The translations under genes were made by a program, and so were the position numbers. DNA of 64,000 bases from Eledone cirrhosa (taxonomy: Eukaryota). Positions 10,799 through 24,106 of the stretch are shown one piece after another (the first letter of the stretch is position 1; every line of letters begins with the position of its first letter). The stretch lies in contig OZ024740.1 of NCBI GenBank assembly GCA_964016885.1, positions 381,238,001-381,302,000 of the forward strand, in the 5' to 3' direction. The notes under the pieces were generated by a model, which was not told the DNA's origin, made no database searches, and was given only the letters and a program-made list of their open reading frames with translations.

Positions 10799-12579
10799 GG
10801 TACATGTGATCTTTAGTAAAAAAAAATATTTTAATATTATTTTTATCCTGACTCCTCTCCTTTCAGGGAAATATCCAGCCTGATATTTTTGCAGTGTTTG
10901 AAATATTAATAATTTGTCTCCTTAGAATCTACTTTCTTGTAATTGGCAGTTTCCTAAAATCTTACATTCATTCTTCATCTTCATAGCAACAACATTATGA
11001 TTGTCTGTAAACATTTCCTGTGTAGTAGTTGGTTAATATTAAGTAGGAATAAGGTTTAAGGGTTCGTTTGTTTTTATTTATAGTTGATTATTATTATCAT
11101 TATTTTTTTTTGGAGTGGAATATAATCATGTTATATATATATATATATATTTATATATTTTTCACAGATGTTCCGTTTCCTATTTCCGTTTTCCTCACTC
11201 ATGTTTCCTCCTTTGAATTTTCATCAGCATGAAAAAATAGTTGAAGAACTGTTCTTTTCTTCCCTCTCTCTTCCTTCTCTCTCACCTACGCCCTTACCAC
11301 TCACACAGACATTTGGATGTTGGGTATCAAGTTTAGCATTGTCTTGTGTTAGAATTTTAATTTACTATTTTGTTATTGTACCTGTTGTCTGTTGTATATT
11401 TTATCACACCATGATCAAACTACTATTAAGGATCAAGCCAATGGAAACACCATGTGGCTGCTCGACATATAATAGCGGTCAATCTTCCTCAAATTTCATC
11501 CTACCCTCTTAAAGAAACTGGACATGTTGGATAGTGTAGTTCTGGAGACAGTGTCTGATTAATAGTTGGGATGGCATGGCTAGAATTCCTTCATGTAATA
11601 GATATGCTCGGCCAAGGCTGATATGTGAATAAACATCTAAAACAGGAGCCATTCAGTTTGAGATCTCCATATGATATCGTTGGAAAATAATTGTTTTTGA
11701 TGCTGGATTAGGTTGGATAGATGTGTAAAAGTTATTTCCATTTTGTCTACACTTTATTTTATTTTGTACAGCTCGTTTGTGTATTCTCATGTCTGACCCC
11801 TCACTGCCTCCAGTTTTCACATCCATTGGAGTGTCCTTTACTAAAAATGTTTTCTACTTTATTCTGAACATTTTTTTTTCACCCAGGATGATTTCATTTA
11901 TTTGCATTATCTGTCTGCATGAATACAACTGCCATTCTGCACAAATAGATTTGCCCATGTCTTTCAAACATATGGCCTACTAATTATTATTCTATGGACT
12001 GTGGTAGAACAATTTTCGTGAGTAACAAAAGAAAATTTGAAATGGAAAATTTGTCACTTTACATTTTGTACTAAATTCACATATCCCACTTACTATCATA
12101 TACATATTAATTTTGATGGGGGAGGGGGGGATAGCAGCCTATCACCTGTATTGCATATTATCATTATAACTGGTGGAAATCATGGTCCAACATACGTAAT
12201 CTCATTGTCTCTTACAAAGAACATAATGGCCCTTTTGAGTCACTGAGTTTGAGATCCCTGGATTAGCTAATGCCTTTGACACTCACTTTCAACATATGCA
12301 CATTGTTTATATGCACACCCATATATGTGTAATGGCTGCTGTCAATTCTTATTGGTTGCATGTGTTTCTGGATTCAATCTACTGCACAACATGTTGGAAA
12401 AGTGTCCCTATACTATTAACTTGAGTTGACCAATATTCTATGGATTGGAATCTGTTAGAATGGAAACTGTGTGGATACTTATCTTATAAGTTTATTTACA
12501 CATACACAAATGTGTGTTGTGTGTGTGTATTGGAAAAAAATGAAGTTTGCATGTGTAATAGTAATATACATGAATGGCA

Positions 12580-13075
12580 AAGCATAAATGAACAGGGAGA
12601 TAAACTGAGCATAAGAGGGATAAGATGTAGTGGAGTAGGAAGACCTACGAAGATTTGGGTTGAGAAGATAAAAGCAGACCTTGTCCAATTGTACCTCTCA
12701 AAGGGGATGACACAGGATACAGATCTTTTATGTTATGCAGTAATACAGAAGACCCACCTCTCTATGGGCAAGGTTTGAAGCATACATCTAGTATGCTTCC
12801 TACTTCCCCTATTTTCCATACACCTTGCATCCTAATACACCACCCTTCACCAGATATGTACCCCAATCCACACTGTAAAGTGGTCGTGCAGATGTCATGA
12901 AAAAAAGCATCCAGAACACGCAGTAAATGTCGAAGGGCATCCAGCTGTAGTAATGAAGCCGAAATTAGCCCAGTATGAGCTAGACATAGACATCTGATCT
13001 GGCTTGTCTCATAATGTGACAACCCATCTAGCTCAAGCTAGCATGGAAATATAGACATTAAACAATGATGATGAT
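12580..13075 (+). mobile_element. Old internally deleted RTE 3' fragment
   Basis: Translates SINEQ..IRGIRC..GRPTKIW..YAVIQKT, similar to the C-terminus of the long RTE. Followed by 3'UTR modules and a (GAT)n tail. Confidence 0.75.
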
Positions 13076-13107
13076 ATAATATATATGTATATATATATAT
13101 ATATATA

Positions 13108-13439
13108 TCATTTCCTCATATGTCCACTTTTTCCCTGCTTGCAAGGGTGGGACGGGAACCGATTCTGGCTTGATTTCTACAGCTGGATTCCCTTCCTAAC
13201 ACCAACCTCATTACAGTGAGTGCTGGGTGTTTTTTTGCCGTGGCACCTCCACGACCACTTTGCAGCAGAATGATATGGACCCCTGTCCCTATCATCTCAT
13301 TTCTACAGCTGAGTAAACTGGAGCAATGTGAAATAAAGTGTCTTGCTCAAGGAAACAACACATCACCTGGTCTGAGAATTGAACTCACAACCTTTCGATT
13401 GCTAGGCCAATGCTCTAACCACTAAGCCATGTGCCTCCA
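13108..13439 (-). mobile_element. SINE family A, full length
   Basis: Reverse complement of 2403-2742 at high identity. B box GAGTTCAATTC. Confidence 0.9.
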
Positions 13440-13496
13440 TATATATATATATAATAATGTATGTGTGTGTATATATATATATATATATATAATAAT

Positions 13497-13544
<48 letters not shown>

Positions 13545-13598
13545 ATGTATGTGTGTATGTATATATATATATAATAATAATGTATGTATGTATATAAT

Positions 13599-13780
13599 AA
13601 TTGTTTCTACTTTAGGAACAAGGCCAGCAATTACCCAGTGCATTACTGGTACTTTATTTTATCAACCCCGTAAGGATGAAAGGCAAAGTCAACCCCGGCG
13701 GGATTTGAACTCAGATCGTAAAGGGACGTAACTATGCTGGAAAGCATGGCGTCCGACCCTCTACCGATACTGCCAATCCA
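13599..13780 (-). mobile_element. tRNA-derived SINE, family B
   Basis: Reverse complement of 26391-26580. A box TGGCAGTATCGG, B box GAGTTCAAATCCC, GCCTTTCATCCTTACGGGG body. Confidence 0.9.
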
Positions 13781-13882
13781 ATAATAATGTATGTATGTGT
13801 GTATGTATATATATATAATAATAATGTATGTATGTGTGTATGTATATATATATATAATAATAATGTATGTATGTGTGTATGT

Positions 13883-14225
13883 ATCATCATTTCATCATTT
13901 CATTTTACGTCCGCTTTTCCCTGCTTGCAAGGGTGGGACGGGAACTGATTCTGGCATGATTTCTACAGCTGGATGCCCTTCCTAACACCAACCTCATTTA
14001 CAGTGAGTGCTGGGTGCTTTTTTGCCGTGGCACCTCCACGACCACTTTGCAGTGGAATGATAGAGACCCCAGTCCCTATCATCTCATTTCTACAGCTGAG
14101 TAAACTGGAGCAATGTGGAATAAAGTCTCTTGATCAAGGAAACAACACATCACCCGGTCTGAGAATTGAACTAACAACCTTTCGATTGCAAGGCCAATGC
14201 TCTAACCACTAAGCCATATGCCTCC

Positions 14226-14226
<1 letters not shown>
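13883..14226 (-). mobile_element. SINE family A, full length
   Basis: Near-identical to 13108-13439. Confidence 0.9.
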
Positions 14227-14277
<51 letters not shown>

Positions 14278-14312
14278 ATAATGTATGTATGTGTGTATGT
14301 ATATATATAAAA

Positions 14313-14415
14313 TAATTGTTTCTACTTTAGGCACAAGGCCAGCAATTACCCAGTGCATTACTGATACTTTATTTTAACGACCCCCGTAAGGATGAAAGGC
14401 AAAGTCAACCTCGGC
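14313..14415 (-). mobile_element. SINE family B, 5'-truncated
   Basis: Matches the 3' half of 13599-13780. Confidence 0.85.
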
Positions 14416-14438
14416 AAAATAATGTATGTGTGTGTGTG

Positions 14439-14470
<32 letters not shown>

Positions 14471-14553
14471 ATACTGTATTTGACAGCTTATAAGATGCAT
14501 GGGCTTATAAAACACACCCAATTCAAGCATACCTTTAAAATAAATAGATGGGT

Positions 14554-14778
14554 TTAACCCTTTAGCATTTACATTACTCTATATATGCTATTATATTTCC
14601 ATGGTAAAGGCTTTACCTCACAATTATGTCACATAATACTGAATCTATGATTTTGATATTGTTTATTTTGAGAACAGTACCTTAACATCAGTATGAGTGG
14701 CTGGTTACAGCCAGTTTGGGCAGAAAGAGGTGAGAGAATTCTGGCCAGATAAAGCTGGTTTAAATGCTAAAAGGTTAA
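14554..14778. mobile_element. piggyBac-type MITE (family 1)
   Basis: TTAA TSD on both sides. TIR CCCTTTAGCATTTA/TAAATGCTAAAAGG. Second copy inverted at 41533-41761. Confidence 0.88.
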
Positions 14779-15001
14779 GTTACCAATGTCAGATGAAGAG
14801 TATGAAGTTTGTGCATCTTAATTTTTTTTATTATCATTCTACATTGTGATTCTAGTGCTAATATTTTAGAATATTTTTGTTGAAATATTCACTTCATTTT
14901 TAAAACAAAAGAAAGTGAAAATAAATTTATTTTATTCATCATAACATTAATTAAAATTGTAGCTTTTGTTTTTAGAAAAGCATTGCCATTGTGAAATTCA
15001 G

Positions 15002-15079
15002 TGATCCTGTAATTAATGTTGCTATTGTTCACAAACTGCATGATCCTGTAATTAATGTTGCTATTGTTCACAAACTGCA
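15002..15079. repeat. 39-bp tandem duplication
   Basis: TGATCCTGTAATTAATGTTGCTATTGTTCACAAACTGCA x2. Confidence 0.9.
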
Positions 15080-15973
15080 AGATATAAAAATTAAAATTAA
15101 TTTTAGAGTTGTACTTGTTTGGCCAGTAATTTGATCTGAGTTCTGAGCGTGTATATTGAAACTAAAGCAATTACATTGTGGAAGAGTCATTTTAGTCATT
15201 CAATAACTCATTCACAAGCAAAAACTGATTCATGATAAATATTAAGTGAATATATTTCTTGGTTCTAGTGCAACTGTATCAATGATCAGAACACAATGTT
15301 ATGAAAATAAGAAATTTAAATCAAGTGAATATAAAAGTTTTTTGTGTTTTTGAATTGCCAAAATGATAGTTAGTGATGGTGCCATGAAACAATATATGGA
15401 GTTCATGCTGTAAAGTGGTTGGTGTAAGGAAGGGCATCCAGTTATAGAAACCAAGCCAAAATGAGAAAGAAAGACATGGTCTCCTCAGTGCTCCTGCTAT
15501 AGAACGTGACACCACTCTAACCCATGCAAGCATGGAAAATATACATATAAATGCTGGTGATAACTCTTCCACAATGTAATCACTGAAAATTAATTCACCC
15601 CATGTTATAAAAGTGTAGCTAAGTACGTTTAATACTCATAGTTTTTCAGCACGTAAGACTATGAGACATCTATACATTCTTACATCATAAAACTGTAACC
15701 TTTAGTAATGTCAATGAATAAATGTATAAATATAAATGTAGGTTATAGTCAGAATTCCACAATGAAGAGGACTAAGTATGAAAGCTGCTGGTATATGATT
15801 GTGTGCTTGCACTACACATATTAACCCATTCTCTCTATATGTGAAGTACCTGTTGAATAGTTTTATAATTTTAGATGAAAAACCCCAAAAATCAAATACT
15901 ATGCATATATACACACACACACAAAAGGACAAACATTTATACACATATCTGTTTGCTTGTATTTATGTAATGG

Positions 15974-16005
<32 letters not shown>

Positions 16006-16259
16006 AAAGCATGGAAAAACGTATGTAAAAAGGTATTAACTATTTTAACATGATAGCAGCTTTAGTGCAGGATCTATATTTAAAAATTGCTAACAGAAGC
16101 TATGATGATGACTTTCTTTTCTACTAGTGCATTCATTCATCCCCTAAAAATTTGATAGAGAGATATTTTTTAATCTTCTCATTAATTTTAGTCAGTAGAT
16201 TGTGGTTATGTTAGGGCACAATCTTTGATGAAAATGTTCTAGATATGTTCAATATTTTT

Positions 16260-16532
16260 TCCAGACAGGAAAAGCTTAGCTCAAGATTTAAAGTCTCTTT
16301 CTCTAATTGCTGAAGCATGGAACAAATTTAAAACCTCCATGCTTCCTGAGATTCGCCAATACTACACCTAATACTCTCCCTCCATACGCATGAACACATG
16401 TATATCATGACTCATACACTATTCACTTCCCTGACATTTGTACATTATTCTATGTACTATACATGCACCTTTGATGAGTTGTAGTGCACCTGAGCACTGT
16501 ACACAATAATTTCATTATTATTATTATTATTA
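16260..16532 (+). mobile_element. Probable CR1/L2-type LINE 3' end with (TTA)n tail
   Basis: The IAEAWNK remnant resembles the CR1 ORF2 C-terminal 'WNxLP' motif. It ends in GTAGTGCACCTGAGCACTGTAC hairpin-like sequence and (ATT)n. Confidence 0.5.
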
Positions 16533-17368
16533 AAAATATACTGCTGTTAATGTACTTGAAACTTTTTCTTCTATTTAGTTAGAGTAGTGAAGGGCTTCTA
16601 GAGATCAGGTCAGAATGTTTGCTACAGATTTGACTCAGCCAATGGCACCCAAGGGCCAAGTGTTGAAGGTCACAGGATTAAGTCTGCCACCCAAATAAAC
16701 CACAGCAAGTTTGAACTCAGAATGTAACAGACCCAAACAAATGTTGCAAGGCATCTTGACCTTCACTCAAACAACACCACCAGTCCACAACCCTGGATTG
16801 GTATTTTATTTGATCCACTCCAAATGGATGAAATATAGAACTGACTGTGGCTAAATTTGAACTCAGATTGCAGAGGGGGAAATACAAGGCATTTTGTCCA
16901 ATGCTCTAATGATTCTGCCAATTTGCAGTTTTGCATCTGTTGAAAATGTTTTGGTATTATAGTTGAAATAATTACTACTTTTTAATGTGATAGATGATGT
17001 TAATTTGAGGAGGATCTATATGTAGAAACCAATTGTTTTTCATTATCAACTTTGTTGTATATATGATCTGGTCATTTATGACGTAACATCTTTACTTAAT
17101 TATTGTAATTCATCATATTTGGATACTTACTTTCTGACTTTCAGTAAAACAATATTTCTCAACTCCATCACAACAAGGAGCCTCTACATAGTTGTTTTAC
17201 ATATTAGAAATAGCAACCAAATCTCCTTTATCCGTTCCTTACAGTCTTAAAAAAAAATAAAGACCAATTGGATAATGTAGTCCTAGATACATTATATCTA
17301 GATAAAAAAATGAATATTTATGATTTCTGCCTTTTTTCTCTTATTCTTTTTTCCCTAGATCAGGCAAA

Positions 17369-18114
17369 ATGGAGCAAAATTGACACTTTAATGAACAGAT
17401 AAATAAAAGATTTATCCTCAGGAACCAGTGGTAACATTTGTACAAAGAATATGAAGTTGCAATGGAAATGCATATCAATGAGGCAAATATTGTTGTAAAC
17501 AATAAATCTAAATATGTATGGGATGTAGATCAGGCAAAAAAAAAATAGGAAAATAAAAAAGCAAACCCCGCCGCAAAAATAGTGAAATAAAGGAAAAATT
17601 GAAAAATGAAAATGAAAGACAGGGAAATATAAAAACAAGGAAAAGAAAGATGAAAAGTTTTTCAATGAGAAGGAACAAAAGATAAACAAAAATTGGAGGA
17701 AAGAAATAAAAAAAGGAAAAGAAGAATCTTTTCCTTTTTTTATTTCTTTCCTCCAATTTTTGTTTATCTTTGAAAAACTTTTCATCTTTCTTTTCCTTGT
17801 TTTTATATTTCCCTGTCTTTCATTTTCATTTTTCAATTTTTCCTTTATTTCACTATTTTTGCGGCGGGGTTTGCTTTTTTATTTTCCTATTTTTTTTTTG
17901 CCTGATCTACATCCCATACATATTTAGATTTACTGTTGGTAAAGCTAGTTTCACAAGATTTGTTTACAACAATATGCATTTCCATTGCAACTTCATATTC
18001 TTTGATATGCATTTCCATTGCAACTTCATATTCTTTGTACAAATGTTACCACTGGTTCCTGAGGATAAATCTTCTTTTATTTATCTGTTCATTAAAGTGT
18101 CAATTTTGCTCCAT
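17369..18114. repeat. ~750-bp fold-back inverted duplication with block indels
   Basis: Arms 17369-17722 and 17727-18114 are reverse complements around a 4-nt spacer. The differences are block indels. Confidence 0.93.
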
Positions 18115-19783
18115 ATTCTATCAGTTATTTGTTCTATAAATTTCTTCATGCTGTCTGAAATGTAATCCCAGTATTATTAGTAGTTTCTTCAGTAACTCTG
18201 TCCTTACTGTATTTCTAATGAAACATGCTCTCTGTGTGTTTCAATTAATTTTTAAAATAATCAAGAATTTGGAGTCATTTAGCCAAATAACTAACTTTGG
18301 TGTTTGAAGCATAACATAATGAAAGGTTCTTAAATAAAATCATGATGGAGTTTTAAATAAATATGAATAGTTTTATATTGTGGAAGCAATGAGAGTTTCA
18401 GGCAAGTTGGTACTAAAAGGATGAGGAAGTTAGGATAATTTTGGTAGCATTTGGAATTAGAAACAGAAGACACTGAATGGAATTTTTTAACTAATTTGGT
18501 CTGGTACACTTTTTCCAATTTCTTACACTAATAAACATGTAAGTATGGGCTCGGGGAAAATCTGTTTATTAGTTTATAATAGTGAACCATTTATTTTACC
18601 TGTTAAAAGGAACACACTAAAAAAATCATATTCACTTAACAATTGCACTTATCATGTCTTTTTCTTTAAGCATAGTGTATCCAGGAGCACATTATTGTGT
18701 TTTGAATACTTTTGATATCAAACAGCTAGTACCTGCTCTTGATATCAAACAGCTAGTACCTGCTCCTGATTTTATTATATAAAACTGTTTGTTTTAAAAT
18801 GTTTATATTTATCTAAAACCCTATTATCAATTGTATGTTTTAAACATTAGCTTAAAAATGAAAACTTTAGTTATATTACCAAGTCTCTTCAAATTCTTGA
18901 TTATTTTCAAAATTATTTTAAAACAGCGTTTTTTACTAGAAATATCATTGTTTTTACTTCTGGCACAAGGCCAGCAATTTTTATTAGAAATATAACAACA
19001 AATGAGTTAATATGGTAGTGTGTACATTAAAAAGGATTTAGTTGTTATATCTAGCAGTCAGGTGACACTTTGAGAGTCCCTTCACTGGCTCTTGTTCTAA
19101 AAAGCTGGCTAAACTAGTATGTCTATGTTATGTGTATGGCTGATAATGGCTGACTGGATGGAAAATTGCTGTGTGTGTGTATTTATAAGTGTGTGCTGCT
19201 TGAAAATATTTGTGGCAGAGAATGACATATAATGACATAAACAGTGGCAAGATAAAATATGTGGATGCTAGGTATCCCAGACTTAACACAGCATAAAGAA
19301 TTGTAATATGCTGTACAATGGACTCAGCAAACCAATGCTGACATGGAAATAATAACATTAAAACTCTTAAAGATGATGTTTTTATAGATATGAGGCATAA
19401 GTCCTTTGTTTGGGGAGGCTGTGTTGGATGAAGTGCAGTTGTTTGCAATCAAAACGGTTTGCCATACCAGGTCATATGTTTGCATTTGATTGCATGCATT
19501 GCTTTCCTCTTAAGCAAAGAAATTCATTATTTAGATTAATGGTACTTTACTAAAATGATATAGATTGTTTGCTTGGTGAAGTTAAGACTTGTAATTCACT
19601 TCAGTCTATCCAGTTAGGCAGAGGAAGATGTATTCATTAGTTACTTACAATTATATATAGGATATAGTTCAGTGTCAGATATCATGAGTTACAAAGACTC
19701 ATTAAAAATCAATGTCTTACATGTTTGATTACTCTAAATACAACAGAGGTTGGCTTTGCCTTCCATCCTTCCAGAGTTTGATA

Positions 19784-19913
19784 AAATGGACTTAAATACT
19801 GATTAAATGGACTTAAATACTGATTAAATGGACTTAAATACTGATTAAATGGACTTAAATACTGATTAAATGGACTTAAATACTGATTAAATGGACTTAA
19901 ATACTGATTAAAT
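19784..19913. repeat. 21-bp minisatellite x6 inside a decayed family-B-like SINE
   Basis: AAATGGACTTAAATACTGATT x6, directly after GCCTTCCATCCTTCCAGAGTTTGATAAAAT. Confidence 0.92.
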
Positions 19914-20419
19914 TCAGTTAAGCACTCTTCAAGATTTCTGCCTTTGTACCTATTTAGGAACCAATTTCTTTTAGTCATTAGTTTGGGAATTATTCATTAT
20001 CCATGCCTGTATTTTTTTTTTTTTTTTTACAGTCAGAATCGGGCAGTTAATATTTTTCATTAATTTTCCTAGAATATTCCACTGCTCTCATCATCTGAAA
20101 TGAATGGCAGAATTGTTAGGGCATTGAACTAAATGCCTTGCTATATTTAGTTATGACCATTTATGTTCTGAGTTCACATTCTCTTGAAATCAACTTTTCC
20201 TTTCACTATTTTGGGATGAATGAAATAATTACCTGTCAGGTACCGGGTTTGAATTAAATTAACTGTTTTCTTCCCTAAAATCTCTGGCATTGTGCTTATG
20301 ATATAAATGATTATTGAATGTTAGATATGAGAGAAACATTGTCTTCTTTGAGTCTGAGCTATTAAATTAAACCACCATAATAATTGCTGTCATTGCTGTT
20401 TAACTATAGCTCAAAATTA

Positions 20420-20615
20420 GCCTTGTTCATGCAAACCTATAATCAATGTTATGACTGTTGCATTTTACATTTTTAGACATATTATATCTAGGACTACATG
20501 TATCCTTCCTCCTCTAAAAAAAAAAAAAAAAAAAAAAAAAGGGTCAAATTAGAGGAAGATCTGGTTGTTATTTCCTGAAGGTGATTGACTACACAGAGAC
20601 CCCTTCGTTGGCTTA
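20420..20615. repeat. Old dispersed ~200-bp repeat (unclassified)
   Basis: The motif set TATCTAGGACTACA / GAAGGAGATTTGGCTGCTATTTCTA recurs in either orientation at ~11430, 17170, 20990, 35040, 42060, 45310 and 55130. Confidence 0.6.
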
Positions 20616-22440
20616 TCATATGGAATATATTTATACTTATGTTACTCATCTTAACAAATTACTTTCTTTAGCACATAAATTGTAATAAATCTTTTATTTA
20701 GTGCAATATAGTCTCCTGGTCGCCTAGTTGTCTATGAATTATTTTTTTTTTACTTATTAATATTTTCATGATGTCAGTTTTCTTTGTTTACATATGTAAA
20801 GCATGAACCTGGCTAATTATAAAAAAAGTGAATATTCTCTTAGTAATAAATAAATCTTATCTAAAATGTTATTTTATGACTGACAAAATTTTCAGCTGAA
20901 ACATTTTGTCAGTTGAATTAGAACAGATTTTCTTCATAATATTCTCAACTTTTTGTATAATCATCATCAATATCATTACCCTAAATCAATGAGGGAATCC
21001 TACATGGATGCTCAACCTACTAGAAATAGCAGTCAAATCTCACAAATTACCTAGCCTAGCATCTTTAAAAGAAAGGAGGGACAAAAATTAGCTTGAGATA
21101 AGCTGTCTGAAATGATTGGATGGTTATGACTAGAATACATTTCATCAGAAGTCAGCTTGATCAGGGATTGCCTTAATACTATTTATTGCTATATTCTCAT
21201 CATCATTATCCATACAATTGATATCTATAACTTGCTTAGCAGAAACCTTGGACTCAGAGCACATAGTGAAATACCAAACTGTTTACCATAGATCATTTGA
21301 TTCTGATTCCCTTTGGTTGTGCCATATCCACCACCAGGATATGACACAAGCCAAAATCATTAGTATACTGGAGAAAATATGCCTTGTTGACTAGTATTTA
21401 TATTTGGAGCTCAAATCCCACTTTGCTTTCCCTCTTTCCTAGGTTAATAAAATAAAGTAACATTGACTTAATTGACTGCCCTCTCCCCTCAATATTTTTG
21501 CCTTGTATTTCTGTTAGAAACAATATATAATGTTTGAAAGTGTAAAAGAAAAAACAATATATAATGTTTGAAAGTGTAAAAGGAAAAAAAAAATGAATGA
21601 TAATTCCTGCTATTAATTTATTCACTTGAAAACATTTGGATAAATGTGAGAACAACTTCTATAACTTAATTTGGATTCTTGTTATATGTTTTATATTCTA
21701 GAACAGAAGAAAGCCAGCATAATTTTGCTTTCATAAATTAATCTTAAAAGTAATGGATTGAATTCAGGCTGAAAAGTAACAGATGTAATGTATTTTCAGT
21801 CATTTGCTGTCAACTGTAGATTTTGAAAGTGTTAAGCACACATACTTAATTTTTTCACTGTCTTGAATGTTCTCAAGAAAAGAGAAAAACATTTCAGTAT
21901 GTCTTCATCTCTTAAATCCTATCAAGTTCATTAGATTGTTGAAGGCTATTAAACTAATTTAAATTATATATAAAAGTTTGTTTAGAGGGCTTTGAATAAT
22001 TTATAACCATGTCAACACTATTGCTTCAAAAAGCAGTAAATGAAGTATCTAAAATGAATAACTGAACAAACCATTTTTTGTTACCCATTGCTACCCAGTC
22101 TTTAATTATACATCTTTCCCTTTTCTGACATCCTAGGATCATATGATCTAAGTCTCTGATGTCATATTTTGATTTTTATTTGTTGCAATTTCATTTCACT
22201 TCACTGTGTTAAAAAAATAAATTCTTAGTCATGGTTTTCTTCTTCCTTCTCCATCCTTCACCCTACTCCCCACTGACTACAATGATAGAATGAAATAAAC
22301 TGGAGACATTCCGGCTTGGATAGTGACAATTTGGTGACAGTTTGATTGAAGGTAAATTAAGCAATGCGGAATTCACTGATGTTGAAGTGACCTTCAGTGA
22401 ATTGAGTTGGAAGCCTTGATCAGATAGATGGATATTATTT

Positions 22441-22590
22441 GAGGGTCGGAGATTGGTAGAGCATTGGATATTATGCTTCACAGCATAGTTACATCTCTTT
22501 ACGTTCTGAGTTCAAATCCTGCCGAGATTAGCTCTGCCTTTCATCCTTACGGGATTGATAAAATAAAGTACCAGTAATGCAATAGGGTTA
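22441..22590 (+). mobile_element. SINE family B, older copy
   Basis: CTGAGTTCAAATCCTGCCGAG..GCCTTTCATCCTTACGGG..AAAATAAAGTACCAGT. Confidence 0.75.
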
Positions 22591-24021
22591 ATTTTAATCG
22601 ATGTTCTCCTCCCCCTTTTTATCTCTCCCATTTTTCATCACATTTCATTCCCCTCTTGGCAGCATATTATGACTTATTCTGGAAATTTTCATAAAAATGT
22701 TTCAATTAATTATAAATTATCTCTTTCTTAAAAAAGAAACAAAAATTATATAAGTAATTACATACTGCCAAAGAAGAAGAGATGGCACAGTGAAATCAAA
22801 TACACTATTTTTCTTAATCTGATTTCTATAAACTCTGACTACTCTTCTTACGATAGTTACTTTTATTTTACTTATGAAGAGCAACAACAACTTTTGGGGC
22901 CTATTCTAATAATTAATTTAATTAGTATTCCTTATCATCTATATCAGACCTGCACTGTTTTAAATGAACTTATTTATGTTGCAGTAACTTAAACAACCAC
23001 TCAGATCTCTATTGCCCATTAGATATGGTATAATGGTTTGTAAAATTTACTTTCCATTATGTACAGGAGACATGTTTTCTCTCCAACATGCTTCAGTTTA
23101 TGTATTTGTCTGACTTATAACAAAATATTTGGTAAAATTGAGGGATGGTTGTTGAACTCTTTTGATACCAACCTAAAAGGTTAGAGCTTAATACTATAAC
23201 CTTCCATAATAATTTAAAGACATTTTTATCAAGTAATGCCCCAATCATCTCCTTACCAAAAGAAAGATATTTGATTAAATTCTTTCAAATTTTCAACTAT
23301 TTCTAAAATAAGTAGAAACGTATTGGCAGTGTATATCATCAGAAATATAACAAAAGGTAAAAATCTGCTCAATGCTACAGATTTATTGAATTGGAAAACA
23401 ACACGAGAGTTGAATGAAATGCTTTGCAGCCTACTAGTATCCTGAGTTTAAATCCCTCTGAGATCAATGATGCCTTTTATACTTCGAATGTTGATAGGTA
23501 AAGTACAAATCTAAAGGTGGTGGACATGTGAAATGATTAGTGTGTCAGGCAGTATACTTAACAGTATTAATTACACTATCTCTTTCTTTCCACTCACTCA
23601 TAAACACACATGCACACATTCATTCACTCTCTCTCACTCCAGGCATGGTTCTGTGATTAAGTTTGCTTTGTACTGACATGGTTTTGGATTTGACTCCATT
23701 ATGTGACACCTCGGACAATTATCATCGAATAGAACATTGGGGTGTTTAATATCTTTATTTATAGAGGGTTCCTCAGTTTTGTCAAGGGTGTTTTAGTGTT
23801 TGTGATAAGATAAATGCACCCAGTACATTCTGTAAAGTGGTTAATTATCAAAAATGTAACAACCTCCTTAGTGCTGGCACCATTACAAAGAGCACCCGAT
23901 GCACTCTGTAGAATGCAGGAATAAGATGTCTGTAGCTCAGAATTAGTATTGATTTAGTCTGTGGTGACCCATAAAAAAAAAAAATTGGACGACAATGATG
24001 ATGATGAGGATGTGTGTGTGT

Positions 24022-24103
<82 letters not shown>
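24022..24103. repeat. (CA)n microsatellite
   Basis: Long dinucleotide run. Confidence 0.95.

Positions 24104-24106
<3 letters not shown>

Noticed and set aside
10860-11200. Candidate splice acceptors (TTTCAG at 10866, TTCACAG at 11167) as further laminin exons
   Set aside because: Downstream translations show no laminin LN similarity.
17360-18165. Hydrophobic Phe-rich ORFs on both strands
   Set aside because: Artefacts of a T-rich inverted duplication.
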